A DNA stretch of 64,000 nucleotides from an uncultured Methylomirabilota bacterium. GTDB lineage: Bacteria; Methylomirabilota; Methylomirabilia; Methylomirabilales; 2-02-FULL-66-22. Shown in pieces: positions 21,906 through 32,323 of this stretch (position 1 is its first letter; the number at the start of each line of letters is the position of its first letter). The position numbers and the translations under genes were made by a program. Under the pieces are notes generated by a model. It was not told the DNA's origin and searched no databases. It worked only from the letters and a program-made list of their open reading frames with translations. Where the stretch lies: contig CAWJSJ010000002.1 of the NCBI GenBank assembly GCA_963845565.1, positions 2,624,001-2,688,000 on the forward strand, in the 5' to 3' direction.

Positions 21906-22484
21906 CCGCGCTCGGCGCCGCCCGGTCCCGACCCCACGGGGAGCCCGGCGCGCCCGACGGTAGGCTGCCGGATGCCCGGAGTCTAGCGCTCCGCGTCAGC
22001 GGCCAGGTAGACTGCCAATATTGGGCGGGGCCGGCCGTCTTTTTGTCTTTGGTCTTCAGGGGGCGCGCGGACCGGATTTCTCCGCTAGCAGCAGGCCTCC
22101 TGTGGCCGGCGCCCGGCACCTCCAAAACAATCCATCCCTCTCCTTTATGACCGCAATCCCGACCCGGTGACGAGTTCTTCCCTTCGGCGGCACGTCATAA
22201 ATCCACCGTAGGTACGCGAGAATGTACCGTCCGTGTCCGCCCGGTTCGTTTTGCTTCCGTGCGCGACGGCGCTCGCTCGCTGGGTCGTCCTCCACGATCT
22301 ACTTCGACCTCTTTCCCGGCTTGACGCGACGCGGTCTTCCGATGCGAGCCTCCCGCGGCCCGATGGCGTGAGTGTCCGGCCGCGTGATGGCTCCCGAACG
22401 CGGCGCGGTTACTTGGCCCCCGGTGTGCATTTCACAGTGAAAGCTTTCTTTGGACAGCACACACAATCTCAGCGGAGGTGGGCC

Positions 22485-24209
22485 ATGAGCACGAGATGGA
22501 TAACGAAGGTACTGATTGTCCTGGTCGCCGGAATCACGTGGGGTGGCGTGGAACGCGCCGAGGCGCGCACGCCGGCCGTCATCCACGCGTGCGTGAGCAA
22601 GCAGGTGGACCTCGTGCGCATCGTCGAGGTCGGGGAGCGGTGTCGACGATGGGAGACGCGCCTGCAGTGGAACGTGGAAGGCCCCGTCGGTCCCCAGGGC
22701 CCGGCGGGCCCTCCGGGTCCGCAGGGACTCCCCGCGATTGCAACCGCGTCGGGAGCGGGGGTGCCGGGTCCGGCCGGTCCGGCCGGCCCCGCGGGCCCCG
22801 CTGGACCGCAGGGCCCGAAGGGTGATCCGGGTCCCGTGGGCGTCACGTTCCGAAACGCGTGGACCAACGCCGTCAATTACACGGCCAACGACATCGTGAC
22901 CTACAACGGGGAGGCCTGGATTGCGCTGGCCTCGAACACCAATTACGAGCCTACACCGGCCAACGCCGCCATCTGGGCCAAGCTCGCCGCGAAGGGTGAG
23001 GCCGGGCCGCAGGGCCCCCAGGGGGTTGCGGGGCCCATCGGCTGGCAGGGGCCCGCGGGCGCGCCGGGTCCTCAGGGCCCGAAGGGCGATCCGGGTGTGG
23101 CGGGACCGCAAGGCGCCGTCGGTCCGGCCGGGCCGGCGGGGTTGCAGGGCCCGAAGGGTGACAGGGGCGATCCAGGCATCGCGGGAATCGCGGGTGCCGC
23201 GGGACCGCAAGGCGCGCAAGGTCCAGTTGGCCCCGCCGGCGCACCCGGTCTGCAGGGTCTGCAGGGCCCGAAGGGCGATCCCGGTCCGGAAGGGCCAGCG
23301 GGTCCGGCAGGTGGGGGCGTCAACCTACTGCGGGCAGCGCTGCTCCGCTGGTACGATGCGGGCCAGGTGGGGGGCGAGATCGCCGTCGGCACATCGCCGA
23401 TCAGCATTGCGTTCGATGGGGCGCACGTCTGGGTGGTGAATCAGATGCCCAGCCCCGGTGGCCAGACGGGTTCCGTCACGAAACTTCGAGCGTCGGACGG
23501 GTTCACGGTCGCAACCTACAGCCTCGGCAGGTACCCCTGGGGCATCGCGTTCGACGGGGTCCACATTTGGGTGGCGAACAACGGAAGCGGCAATGTGACC
23601 AAACTCCGGGCGCGCGATGGGTCCGCGGTGGGAACCTACAGCGTGGGGGCGTCGCCGATTGGTGTGGCCTTCGATGGGGCGAACATCTGGGTGGCCAACT
23701 ACGGCGGCAACAGCGTGACCAAGCTTCAGGCAAACAACGGGGCGCTGGTCGGGACGTATTCGGTGGGCACGCACCCGTTCGGGGTGGCTTTCGACGGAAC
23801 CCACATCTGGGTGACGAATCAGGACGAGAATTCGGTGACCAAGCTGCGCGCTCGCGATGGGAGTGCCGTTGGAACGTACGCGGTCGGCACGAGGCCGTTC
23901 GGTCTCGCCTTTGACGGAACCCACATCTGGGTGGCCAACGGTTCGGGCAACTCGGTGACCAAGCTGCGCGCGAGCGACGGGGCCGCGGTCGGGACCTACG
24001 CCGTGGGTGGCGGACCGGCGGCGATCGCCTTCGACGGGACCTTCATCTGGGTGGCGAACTTCGACGGCAACTCCGTGACCAAGCTGCAAGCCAGCGACGG
24101 GAGCCTGATGGGAACCTATACCGTCGGCGTCAACCCGTACGGCATCGCCTTCGACGGGACCCACATCTGGACGGCGAACGAGAGCAGCAACACCGTCTCC
24201 AAGCGTTAG
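22485..24209 (+). CDS. secreted collagen-like protein with CBM-like insert and 7-repeat YVTN/NHL-type beta-propeller
   Basis: GGAGGT RBS, signal peptide, Gly-X-Y runs, W-x5-Y...[10 protein letters not shown] module, seven ~41-aa AFDGxHIWVxN repeats. Confidence 0.85.
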   Translation: MSTRWITKVLIVLVAGITWGGVERAEARTPAVIHACVSKQVDLVRIVEVGERCRRWETRLQWNVEGPVGPQGPAGPPGPQGLPAIATASGAGVPGPAGPAGPAGPAGPQGPKGDPGPVGVTFRNAWTNAVNYTANDIVTYNGEAWIALASNTNYEPTPANAAIWAKLAAKGEAGPQGPQGVAGPIGWQGPAGAPGPQGPKGDPGVAGPQGAVGPAGPAGLQGPKGDRGDPGIAGIAGAAGPQGAQGPVGPAGAPGLQGLQGPKGDPGPEGPAGPAGGGVNLLRAALLRWYDAGQVGGEIAVGTSPISIAFDGAHVWVVNQMPSPGGQTGSVTKLRASDGFTVATYSLGRYPWGIAFDGVHIWVANNGSGNVTKLRARDGSAVGTYSVGASPIGVAFDGANIWVANYGGNSVTKLQANNGALVGTYSVGTHPFGVAFDGTHIWVTNQDENSVTKLRARDGSAVGTYAVGTRPFGLAFDGTHIWVANGSGNSVTKLRASDGAAVGTYAVGGGPAAIAFDGTFIWVANFDGNSVTKLQASDGSLMGTYTVGVNPYGIAFDGTHIWTANESSNTVSKR

Positions 24210-24223
24210 GAGCCGTTACGAAA
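24206..24223. repeat. second copy of TTAGGAGCCGTTACGAAA
   Basis: Identical 18-mer to 20506-20523, again containing the stop codon of the upstream gene. Confidence 0.7.
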
Positions 24224-24291
24224 AAACCTGTCCATGGCGTACCCGGTGCGCGTCTTGTTGGGAGAACGGCTCTCCGGGCGGTAACCGGATC

Positions 24292-24328
24292 CGAGGGCGT
24301 TGAGGGATAGGATCCCTCGACGCCCTCG
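24292..24328. other. strong intergenic hairpin
   Basis: CGAGGGCGTTGAGGGAT-AGG-ATCCCTCGACGCCCTCG, 17-bp stem with one G-U pair; no U-tract. Confidence 0.55.
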
Positions 24329-24549
24329 ACATTCAGGCGAGCCTCTCTGCCTTGGAAGCCGACCGCCCCTCCGCCGCGCATCCATCCGCGTCGCGACCTC
24401 GCCCCGAGAGCTGACGTCATCCTGCCGTCAACGCGATTCTCCGTCAGTGTGGTCTGTGGTAGAGTGGCCCGCCCCAGCGGCACTGGAGGGGTGAGCCGCG
24501 GCGGTCGGCTCGCCATTCTGCGCCCGTCGAGGGGCGGAGGAGCACGGCG

Positions 24550-25476
24550 GTGTCTCGCGAGACCCGGATCGGTTTGGCTTGCGCGTTCAGCGTTCTCTTC
24601 ATCTGGGCAGGTTTCATCCTGGTGTCGCGCTTCAGCGCGCGCGGGCTGCTGACGTCGTGGGACATGGCGGCCCTGCGGTACACGGGCGCCTTCCTGGCCG
24701 CGCTGCCGCTCGCGGCGCGCCACGGCTGGCCCCGGCTGCCGCCGGCGCAGGCGGTGGCGGTGGTCGTAACGGCAGGCCTGGGGTTTCCGCTGCTGGCGTT
24801 CGCGGGATTCCAGTTCGCGCCGGCGTCCCATGGGGGCGTGATGCTGCCCGGGATGCTGCCCCTGCAGACCGCGATCTTGCTGTGGCTGGTCCACGGCGAG
24901 CGCTGGACCCGAGCCCGCGGCGGGTCGCTGGCGCTGCTCGGCGTCGGTGTGGCGCTCTTGGCCCACGACACCTTTGGCCACCATCCGGGCGCCTGGCGCG
25001 GAGACCTGCTCCTGTTCAGCGGCAGCTTCGCCTGGTCGGTCTTCACCCTGCTGGTGCGCCACTGGCGGATTCCGGCGCTGACCACCACCCTGGCCGTCGC
25101 GTTATATGCGGCGCCGGTCTACGTGCCGATCTGGCTGCTCTGGCTCCCGTCCCGGATCCACACGGCCCCCATCGGCGAAGTGGGGTTCCAACTCGTGTAC
25201 CAGGGGGTGCTGGCGGTGGTAGTGGCGGGTTTTCTATTCACGCGGGCGCTGACCGCGCTCGGACCGATGGCGCTCACCGCCATCACGGCCGTGGTGCCGG
25301 CCCTGACCGCGCTGGCGGCCTGGCCGCTGCTGGGCGAGCCGCTGGGTGTCGAGGGACTGACCGGGGTCGGCCTGGTCAGTGCGGCCATGCTGATGGGGGT
25401 CGCCCAGGCCCGCGGGGCACGGCGAGTGACGCAGGACGATCGAATGGCGCCGGGTGCGCGGCTCCCTCGTGGGTAA
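24550..25476 (+). CDS. DMT/EamA family transporter
   Basis: 10 TM, two EamA repeats, LLGEP motif; GGAGGAG RBS. Confidence 0.9.
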   Translation: MSRETRIGLACAFSVLFIWAGFILVSRFSARGLLTSWDMAALRYTGAFLAALPLAARHGWPRLPPAQAVAVVVTAGLGFPLLAFAGFQFAPASHGGVMLPGMLPLQTAILLWLVHGERWTRARGGSLALLGVGVALLAHDTFGHHPGAWRGDLLLFSGSFAWSVFTLLVRHWRIPALTTTLAVALYAAPVYVPIWLLWLPSRIHTAPIGEVGFQLVYQGVLAVVVAGFLFTRALTALGPMALTAITAVVPALTALAAWPLLGEPLGVEGLTGVGLVSAAMLMGVAQARGARRVTQDDRMAPGARLPRG

Positions 25477-25540
25477 CGCCCTCTCGGTTCTCGCAGGAGA
25501 AGCGGCGGTCGGCGTCCGTGCCGGCGCTGGGGGTGTGGCG

Positions 25541-26710
25541 CTAGGCCGGCGTGGATGAATGCAGGGTAGGGCGGGAAAGCGTCAGGGCGAGGACGGTGGA
25601 CGGCAGGGGCAGGCAGGCCAGGACGGCCAGGGTCGTCCAGAGGCCGTAGGCGTCGGCGATCCGGCCGAGGAACGGCGTGGCAACGCCGCCGAGGGTGATG
25701 GACAGGCCCAGCGTGACTCCCGCGGAGAGTCCGACGTGGTTGGGGAGATAGGCCTGGCCGAGAATGATCATCGGGCTGTAGGAGGCCGAGAGGGCGAAGC
25801 CGATCAGGGTGAGGAGGACCAGGGCGACAGGAACGCTCTTGACGGTCAGGAGTATCGGCATGAGCGGCACCATGGCGCAGAAACCCCAGGCGGCGATCCG
25901 GGTGGGGCCGAACCGGTCCGAGAGGCGGCCACCCAGGAGATTCCCGGCCACGCCGGCCAGGGCGAAGACGGTGAGGGCCGTTGCGGCGACGGCCTTGGAC
26001 TGGCCGAGGACGTTGATCCAGTAGAGCGGGATGAACGTGTTCAGGCCGAAGAAGAGGATGGCCCGGCCGATGACCGCCGCGGTGAGGCGTGAGAACGGGC
26101 CCCAGGCGTCCCGGGCCCCGGTCGGGGTGTCTGCGGGGCGGCCGGCGCCCCCGGCAGCGCCTTCCGGAAGCGCGGTCTGAAGGTGCCAGGCGAGCACCGC
26201 GGCCATGATCCCCGCGGGCAGGGCGAGGACGGCCGTACCGGCAAGGCCCCAGGCGAGCACCGCGGCCGTGATTAGGCCGGGCCCGAGCGCGAACCCGAGG
26301 GTGCCGCCCACGCCGAAGAAGCTCATGGCCATGGCCTTCTGGTTTCCGGAGACCTGATTGACGATGCGGGCCCCCTGGGGATGAAACGCCGCCACGCCGA
26401 TCCCGCTCACCATCACGGCGGGCAGGATACAGGCATAGCTCGGGACGAAGCCGCTCGCAGCGAGGCCGGCCCCCGCCAGGACGATGCCCGAGGGCAGAAG
26501 CCACGGGCTGGGGTGCCGGTCGGCCAGGTGGCCGAAGAGGGGCTGGACCACCGAGGAGGCGATGTTGGTGGCGAAGACGATCACGCCGGCGGCGGCGTAG
26601 GTCAGGCCGTACTCGGCGATGAGAAACGGCAACAGGGCGGGCAGCGCCCCCTGGCTGAGGTCGGTGGCGAGATGGCCGAGGCAGAGCAGCGCAACCGTCG
26701 AATGTCTCAT
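25541..26710 (-). CDS. MFS transporter, Fsr (fosmidomycin resistance)-like
   Basis: GHLATD..QGALPALLP, QPLFGHLADR, AAFHPQG, GGRLSDRFG. Confidence 0.85.
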   Translation of the reverse strand: MRHSTVALLCLGHLATDLSQGALPALLPFLIAEYGLTYAAAGVIVFATNIASSVVQPLFGHLADRHPSPWLLPSGIVLAGAGLAASGFVPSYACILPAVMVSGIGVAAFHPQGARIVNQVSGNQKAMAMSFFGVGGTLGFALGPGLITAAVLAWGLAGTAVLALPAGIMAAVLAWHLQTALPEGAAGGAGRPADTPTGARDAWGPFSRLTAAVIGRAILFFGLNTFIPLYWINVLGQSKAVAATALTVFALAGVAGNLLGGRLSDRFGPTRIAAWGFCAMVPLMPILLTVKSVPVALVLLTLIGFALSASYSPMIILGQAYLPNHVGLSAGVTLGLSITLGGVATPFLGRIADAYGLWTTLAVLACLPLPSTVLALTLSRPTLHSSTPA

Positions 26711-27035
26711 GGGTCTCCATCCATCGGGGCGAGTCGTCACGACCACCCGCGGCGCCTCTTCTATCATAGTGAGACGCCAAAGGGTAGCGGCAAGGCGACG
26801 CGTGCGCCGAGAACGCGGGCAGGACTATCCGCGGGATTCGCTGGGGCGCGCATTCCGCTCTTTCTCCTTGACGTGCCGCTCGGGTCGCTGGATATTCGGG
26901 GCAATTGTGAATGTGGACACGGACGGGAACCGACCCGGATCGGAGCGTCCGTAGTCTTTGGCCCGGTGGCCGATGCCTGGCGATATAGGCCGCCGATTCC
27001 CCACACCGCACACCCGCCAAGGAGGACTTGAGGTC

Positions 27036-28196
27036 ATGACGACGTCCGGCAAGGGGCTCCAATTTTCCTTTAGTATCCCCACCAACATCGTGTTCGGGAT
27101 GGGCACGCTCGGGACGCTGGGCACCCATGCCAAGGCCCTGGGCTTCCAGCGGCCGCTGATCGTGACCGACAAGGTGATGGCCCAGAGCGACGGCATGCGA
27201 CAGATGCGGGCGGTCCTGGCGGAGGCCGGCCTGGAGGCCGCCGTCTGGGACAACATCGCCGCCGAGCCGATGGACACCACGCTCACCGAAGGGGTACAGC
27301 GGTACCGGGCCGAGCGGTGCGACGGCCTGATCGGATTCGGGGGTGGGAGCGCCATGGACACCGCCAAGGGGGTGGGCGTCCTGGCCGTCGCCGGGGAGGA
27401 CGATCCGGCCCCCTACCAGCGGTTTGGCGGCAAGACGGTGCCGGGATGCGTCCCCGTCATCGCCATCGCGACGACCGCGGGGACCGGGTCCGAGGTGACG
27501 TCGGTGTGCGTGCTCACCAACCAACGAAACGGCCACAAATTGCCCATCCGGCACCCGAGTCTCTTGCCCAAGGTCTCCATCGTGGATCCGCGGCTCATGC
27601 TGTCCATGCCCCCCAAGGTCACCATGGTCACCGGGATCGACGCGCTCTCGCATGCGGTCGAGTGCTTCACGCAGGTGCGCGAGCATCCGTTCTCGGACAC
27701 GCTGGCGTTGCAGGCGACCAAGCTGATCGTGGACAACCTGCCCACGGCGGTCCGGAACGGCCGCGACGAGGAGGCGCGCACGAACATGGCCCTGGCCGCC
27801 ACCATGGCCGGCACGGCGTTCGAGGTGGGCGGCCTCCAGTTCCACGCGTACGCCCAGGCGCTGGGCGCCAAATACCATGCGGCGCACGGCCTCACCTGTG
27901 GTATCGCGCTCCGGGCCGGTCTGCAGCAGATCCTGCCGACGGCGACCGCCAAGCTGGCCCGGATGGCCTGGGCGTTCGGGATCGACACGCGCGGGTTGAC
28001 GGCGGCCCAGGCGGCGGAGAAGGCGGTCACCGCCGCGGTCGCTTTCATCGATACCATGGGGATCCCGAAGATCGACCAGGCGATGCCGGCCACGGCGGCG
28101 GACATCCCGATGCTGCTCAAGGAGACACTGGAGACCACCGGGGTGCCGATCACCCCGGAGGTCGGCCAGCAGGTGTGGGAGAAGATCTTCCGGTAG
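27036..28196 (+). CDS. iron-containing alcohol dehydrogenase
   Basis: GFGGGSAMDTAK, TTAGTGSEVT, DALSHAVE, two further His ligands; AAGGAGG RBS. Confidence 0.92.
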   Translation: MTTSGKGLQFSFSIPTNIVFGMGTLGTLGTHAKALGFQRPLIVTDKVMAQSDGMRQMRAVLAEAGLEAAVWDNIAAEPMDTTLTEGVQRYRAERCDGLIGFGGGSAMDTAKGVGVLAVAGEDDPAPYQRFGGKTVPGCVPVIAIATTAGTGSEVTSVCVLTNQRNGHKLPIRHPSLLPKVSIVDPRLMLSMPPKVTMVTGIDALSHAVECFTQVREHPFSDTLALQATKLIVDNLPTAVRNGRDEEARTNMALAATMAGTAFEVGGLQFHAYAQALGAKYHAAHGLTCGIALRAGLQQILPTATAKLARMAWAFGIDTRGLTAAQAAEKAVTAAVAFIDTMGIPKIDQAMPATAADIPMLLKETLETTGVPITPEVGQQVWEKIFR

Positions 28197-28399
28197 GGTC
28201 GCTGCCACCGACACAGCGCCGGCCCCGACACGAACGCGGAGCGTGATTGCTCCGCGTTCGTGGTTCCCCGCCACACGAGGGGTCGTCGGATTGTGTTCTT
28301 TCGTGCAACCGCTTGCATCCCGATGCGGCCCGGACGTACAATCAACCGTACCGCCGCGGAAGGGGAGCCGCCCGCGGCGCGGAGGAAAGGGGGAACACG

Positions 28400-29029
28400 G
28401 TGAGGCGCGCGTCGGGTCTCTCGGGCGTCCTGTTCGGCCTCCTGTTTTGGGCGGGGTGCGCCGGTGATTTCGTCTACGTCGGACCGGTCCACCTCGACGC
28501 GCCGGAGCCCTCGGTGGCGGTCGGGAAGAGCAAGGCGGAGGTGTGGCAGCAGATCGTCCCGATGCTCGAGGATCGCGCGTTCGTGATCGACGTCCTCGAC
28601 AAGGATGCCGGCGTCATCATTCTGAGCTACACCGGCGACCCGCAGGGATATGTCGATTGCGGACACATCACCTCATACGTCAAGAACCTCCGCGGCGAGC
28701 GGACCTACCATTTCCCAGCGGCGATCGCCTCGACGGAGTACGAATTCATGCAATGGAACGGACTGCGGGTCATCACCCGCGAGATGAGCCTGGAAGGGCG
28801 GATCAACGTGACGGTGGCGGAAACCGGCGCGGGGCAGACGCAGGTGTCGGCGCGTGCCCGGTACGCGGTGACGCGCAACCTGACGATCCGGAACACGCAA
28901 GGACGCAGCGAGGCGACCTCGCACGTTATTCACTTCACCTCGAGCCAGGACGGTGCCTTCCCCGGGACGGGCATCTGCCGAGCGACCGGATTGCTGGAAG
29001 CCGAGGTGCTGTCCGCGTTGGCGCGGTGA
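28400..29029 (+). CDS. hypothetical lipoprotein
   Basis: Lipobox-like WAGC after a hydrophobic stretch; purine-rich RBS; upstream TTGCAT-18-TACAAT. Confidence 0.7.
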   Translation: MRRASGLSGVLFGLLFWAGCAGDFVYVGPVHLDAPEPSVAVGKSKAEVWQQIVPMLEDRAFVIDVLDKDAGVIILSYTGDPQGYVDCGHITSYVKNLRGERTYHFPAAIASTEYEFMQWNGLRVITREMSLEGRINVTVAETGAGQTQVSARARYAVTRNLTIRNTQGRSEATSHVIHFTSSQDGAFPGTGICRATGLLEAEVLSALAR

Positions 29030-29100
29030 CGGGAGCCCGTCGGCGACCGTGCCTCCAACAAGGTGCGGCGCGGCCGCCGGCACGTGCGGATTCCCGCGCC

Positions 29101-30793
29101 TCAACCCTTCCGCTGACTCCGCTCAATCTTCGCCCACTCGTCCTTCAGCGGCACGGCGCGGTTGAAGGCTAACCGGCCACCGCGGGAGTCGCGGTCCACG
29201 CAGAAGTATCCCTGGCGTTCAAACTGGTAGATACCGCCGACGGCGGCCCCGGCGAGACTCGGCTCGACCCAGCACCCGTCGAGCACCTCCAGCGAGTGGG
29301 GGTTCAGATTGGCGATGAAATCCTGCCCCTCGGCCGCGTCCTCCGGATTCTCGTGGAGGAAGAGCCGATCGTAGAGGCGCACCTGCGCGGGGACCGCATG
29401 GGCGGCCGAGACCCAGTGGAGGGTGGCCTTGACCTTGCGGCCGTCCGCGGCATCGCCGCCGCGGGTGGCCGGGTCGTACGTGCAGCGCAGCTCGACCACC
29501 GTGCCCTGGGCGTCTTTCACCACGTCCACACATTTCACAAAATACGCGGAACGCAGCCGCACCTCGCGGCCAGGCGCCAGCCGGATAGTACTTGGGGGGC
29601 GGCGTCTCGCGGAAATCGTCCTGTTCGATGAAGAGGACGCGCGAGAACGGCACCTTCCGCGTGCCGGCGGCGGGGTCCTCGGGGTTGTTCAAGGTCTCGA
29701 ATTCCTCCACCCGGCCTTCGGGATAGTTCTCGATCACCAGCCGCAGCGGCTTCAGGACGCCCATGACGCGGGGAGCCCGCTTGTTCAACTCCTCGCGCAG
29801 GCAGTGTTCCAGCAACGCGATGTCCACGGTGCTGTCCTTCTTGGCCACGCCGATCCGATCGCAGAAATCCCGGATCGCCGCTGGGGTGTAGCCGCGACGG
29901 CGCAAACCCGACAGGGTGGGCATGCGCGGGTCGTCCCAGCCCTGGACGTGGCGGTCCTGCACCAGCTTCAACAGCTTGCGCTTGCTCATCACGGTGTAGG
30001 TGACGTTTAGGCGTGCAAACTCGATCTGACGGGGGTGATAGATCTCCAACTGGTCGAGGAACCAATCGTAGAGCGGACGATGGATCTCGTACTCCAGCGA
30101 GCACAGGGAGTGGGTGATCCCCTCGATGGAGTCCGACTGTCCGTGGGCGAAGTCGTACATCGGATAGATGCACCACGCATCCCCGGTGCGATGATGAGAG
30201 GCGTGCAGGATGCGGTACATCACCGGGTCGCGCAGATTGATGTTGGGCGAGGCCATGTCGATCTTGGCGCGCAGGGTCCGCGCGCCATCTGGGAACTCCC
30301 CGGCCCGCATGCGCGCAAACAGGTCCAGGTTCTCGTCCACGGCGCGGTCGCGATACGGACTCTCCGTGCCCGGTTCGGTGAGCGTTCCCCGGTATTCGCG
30401 GACCTCGTCGGCGCTCAGGTCGCAGACATAGGCCTTGCCTTTCCGGATGAGCGTCACCGCGTACTCGTACAGCTGCTCGAAGTAATCGGAGGCGTAGAAG
30501 AGGCGGTCCTCCCAGTCGAATCCCAGCCAGCGGATGTCCTGCATGATGGAGTCGACGTACTCGACCTCTTCCTTGACGGGGTTGGTGTCATCGAAGCGCA
30601 GGTTGCAGCGACCGCCGAATTCTGCGGCGATGCCGAAGTCGATGCAGATGGCCTTGGCGTGGCCGATGTGCAGATAGCCGTTCGGCTCGGGCGGGAAGCG
30701 GGTGTGGACGCGGTTGTAGCGGCCGGCTTTCAGGTCCTCCGTCACCGCCGCCCGGATGAAGTCGAGGGGTTGATTCGTGTCACTCTCGGCCAT
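29101..30793 (-). CDS. glnS: glutamine--tRNA ligase, split by a +1 insertion at ~29584 (probable sequencing error, else pseudogene)
   Basis: [17 protein letters not shown] and VMSKR in 29219..30793; the C-terminus ([18 protein letters not shown]...QFERQGYF) continues in the frame of 29101..29562. Confidence 0.92.
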
Positions 30794-30984
30794 GGTCGTT
30801 CCTCGCGAGATTCGTCACACCGGCCCGCATTCGGGCAAAAAAACGGCGCGCGCGGCCGGCCCCGGCCGCGCGGTCAACGGGAACCATGCGAGCGAGAGGA
30901 TGCCGCAGATGCGCGGGGAATGTCAAGCGAGAAGCGGATCGAGACCGCGGCGCAACAGAAACGCGCCCGCCCTCGCCTCGCCTA

Positions 30985-31013
30985 TTGACAGCGGACCTCG
31001 CCTTCGATAGCTT
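30985..31013 (+). promoter_or_regulatory. sigma70-like promoter
   Basis: TTGACA-17-TAGCTT upstream of the 31079 ORF. Confidence 0.55.
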
Positions 31014-31078
31014 CTCGTCGATCTGGGATGGAGGTGCCGCGGAGTCGGAGAGCAGATCACCGGTGAAAGGAGCCGCCC

Positions 31079-31696
31079 ATGGAACGAATTCCGATCAACC
31101 CCGGGCTGGTGGACTGGTCCGGCGAGAACCCCGGCATGTACCTGCGGGAGTCGGCTGACGGGCCGTTCGTGACGCTGATCAGCTTCTTCCGTGTTGTCCT
31201 ATCCCCGCACGGCCGCGGGCATGCGGCGTTTCTCCTGCTCGACCCGGCCGGAGCCGGAACGGCCCCGGCGAGGCCGAACCTCTGCATCACGGACAACGAG
31301 CCGCTCGCGCGGTACCTGGGCGACGGCTTCGTCCGGCATTTCGCCGCCTTCAAGGGGGCGGCCGGTCTTGCGACCGTCCGCTTCCAACGCGGATGCGACT
31401 TCGTCGCCAGCGGGGACGCCCGGACGAGCTACACCGAGGCGTTCGCGAGCGAGCGGGGGCCCGTCCGCTTGACCTGGGCACCGCTCGGAGAGGCGTTCAT
31501 GGTGGAATTGCCTCGGGAACGATCCGCCACGGGCCAGCACGAGATGTTTTCGCTGTTCGTGAATGCATCCGGCGTGGCGGTGTCGATCGGCGGCCAGGGC
31601 GTCGCCGGACGCCCGTTTCCCCGGGATATGGCCGGCAAGGCCAGCAGCACGGCGTTTTTGGCCTTCTCGGAGACCTGGGTCCGTCGGCCGCAGTAG
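31079..31696 (+). CDS. hypothetical protein (205 aa, beta-rich)
   Basis: AAAGGAG RBS, ATG, high GC3; no family recognised. Confidence 0.75.
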   Translation: MERIPINPGLVDWSGENPGMYLRESADGPFVTLISFFRVVLSPHGRGHAAFLLLDPAGAGTAPARPNLCITDNEPLARYLGDGFVRHFAAFKGAAGLATVRFQRGCDFVASGDARTSYTEAFASERGPVRLTWAPLGEAFMVELPRERSATGQHEMFSLFVNASGVAVSIGGQGVAGRPFPRDMAGKASSTAFLAFSETWVRRPQ

Positions 31697-31779
31697 CGGG
31701 TCGTGCGGCCGGAATGGCCTTTGGTTTGCATGTGTACCTGGGGAGCGACCGTTGTTGCGGGACGCGCACGGGGGGCCGC

Positions 31780-32316
31780 ATGGGTAACACGTTCTTCTGC
31801 CCGTTCTGCTGTTCCAGTCAGCAGACACAGGTATACGAGGAAGACGGAGTCCGGAAGGTTCGCTGCACGTCCTGCGGCTGCCCGGCAGAGGCCGTCGGGA
31901 TCGTCGAGGCCAAGGAGACCGCCTTCGATCGGCCGAAGGTCCTCTGCATCGACGACGATCGCCTCCTTCTAGGTTTGTTCCGGGATACCCTGCAAGCTAA
32001 CGGTTTCGAGCCGCTCACGGCGATCGACGGGCCCACCGGTGTCGAGATGGCTAAGCGGGAGCGCCCAGAGGTCATCCTGGTGGACGTGATGATGCCGAGG
32101 GTGAGCGGGTTCGAGGTCTGTCGACGCCTGCGCGCCGAACCGGAGTTGGCCACAACGCCGATCATCATCATGACGGCGATGATGGACCCCGCCTTGAAGG
32201 AGAAGGGGCTTGAGGCGGGGGCAGACCTGGCCATCCCGAAGCCATTCGATCCCATGCAGATCGTGACGATTCTGAACAACGCGCTGGTCCTCGCATCCAA
32301 GCGGCGCAAGCGGTGA
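31780..32316 (+). CDS. response regulator receiver domain with N-terminal zinc ribbon
   Basis: CPFC...CTSC followed by VLCIDDD, LVDVMMPRVSGFEV, IMTA, IPKPF. Confidence 0.85.
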   Translation: MGNTFFCPFCCSSQQTQVYEEDGVRKVRCTSCGCPAEAVGIVEAKETAFDRPKVLCIDDDRLLLGLFRDTLQANGFEPLTAIDGPTGVEMAKRERPEVILVDVMMPRVSGFEVCRRLRAEPELATTPIIIMTAMMDPALKEKGLEAGADLAIPKPFDPMQIVTILNNALVLASKRRKR

Positions 32317-32323
32317 GACCGGC

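Noticed and set aside
22233..22484. Long N-terminal extensions given by the ORF track (also for ccmC, ccmF, ccmG, yddG-like, ctaB, REC, gspD)
   Set aside because: Downstream starts with RBS, signal peptides or stop/start overlaps fit better.
23380..24200. Regular ~123-bp DNA repeats as a CRISPR array or DGR template/variable pair
   Set aside because: They are coding beta-propeller repeats; no unique spacers, cas genes or reverse transcriptase.
25119..28274. 1051-aa minus-strand ORF
   Set aside because: Arg/Pro/Gly-rich; overlaps three well-supported genes in other frames.
29570..29600. Programmed frameshift in glnS
   Set aside because: No slippery heptamer or obvious stimulator; same +1 signature as gspF, so sequencing error is more parsimonious.
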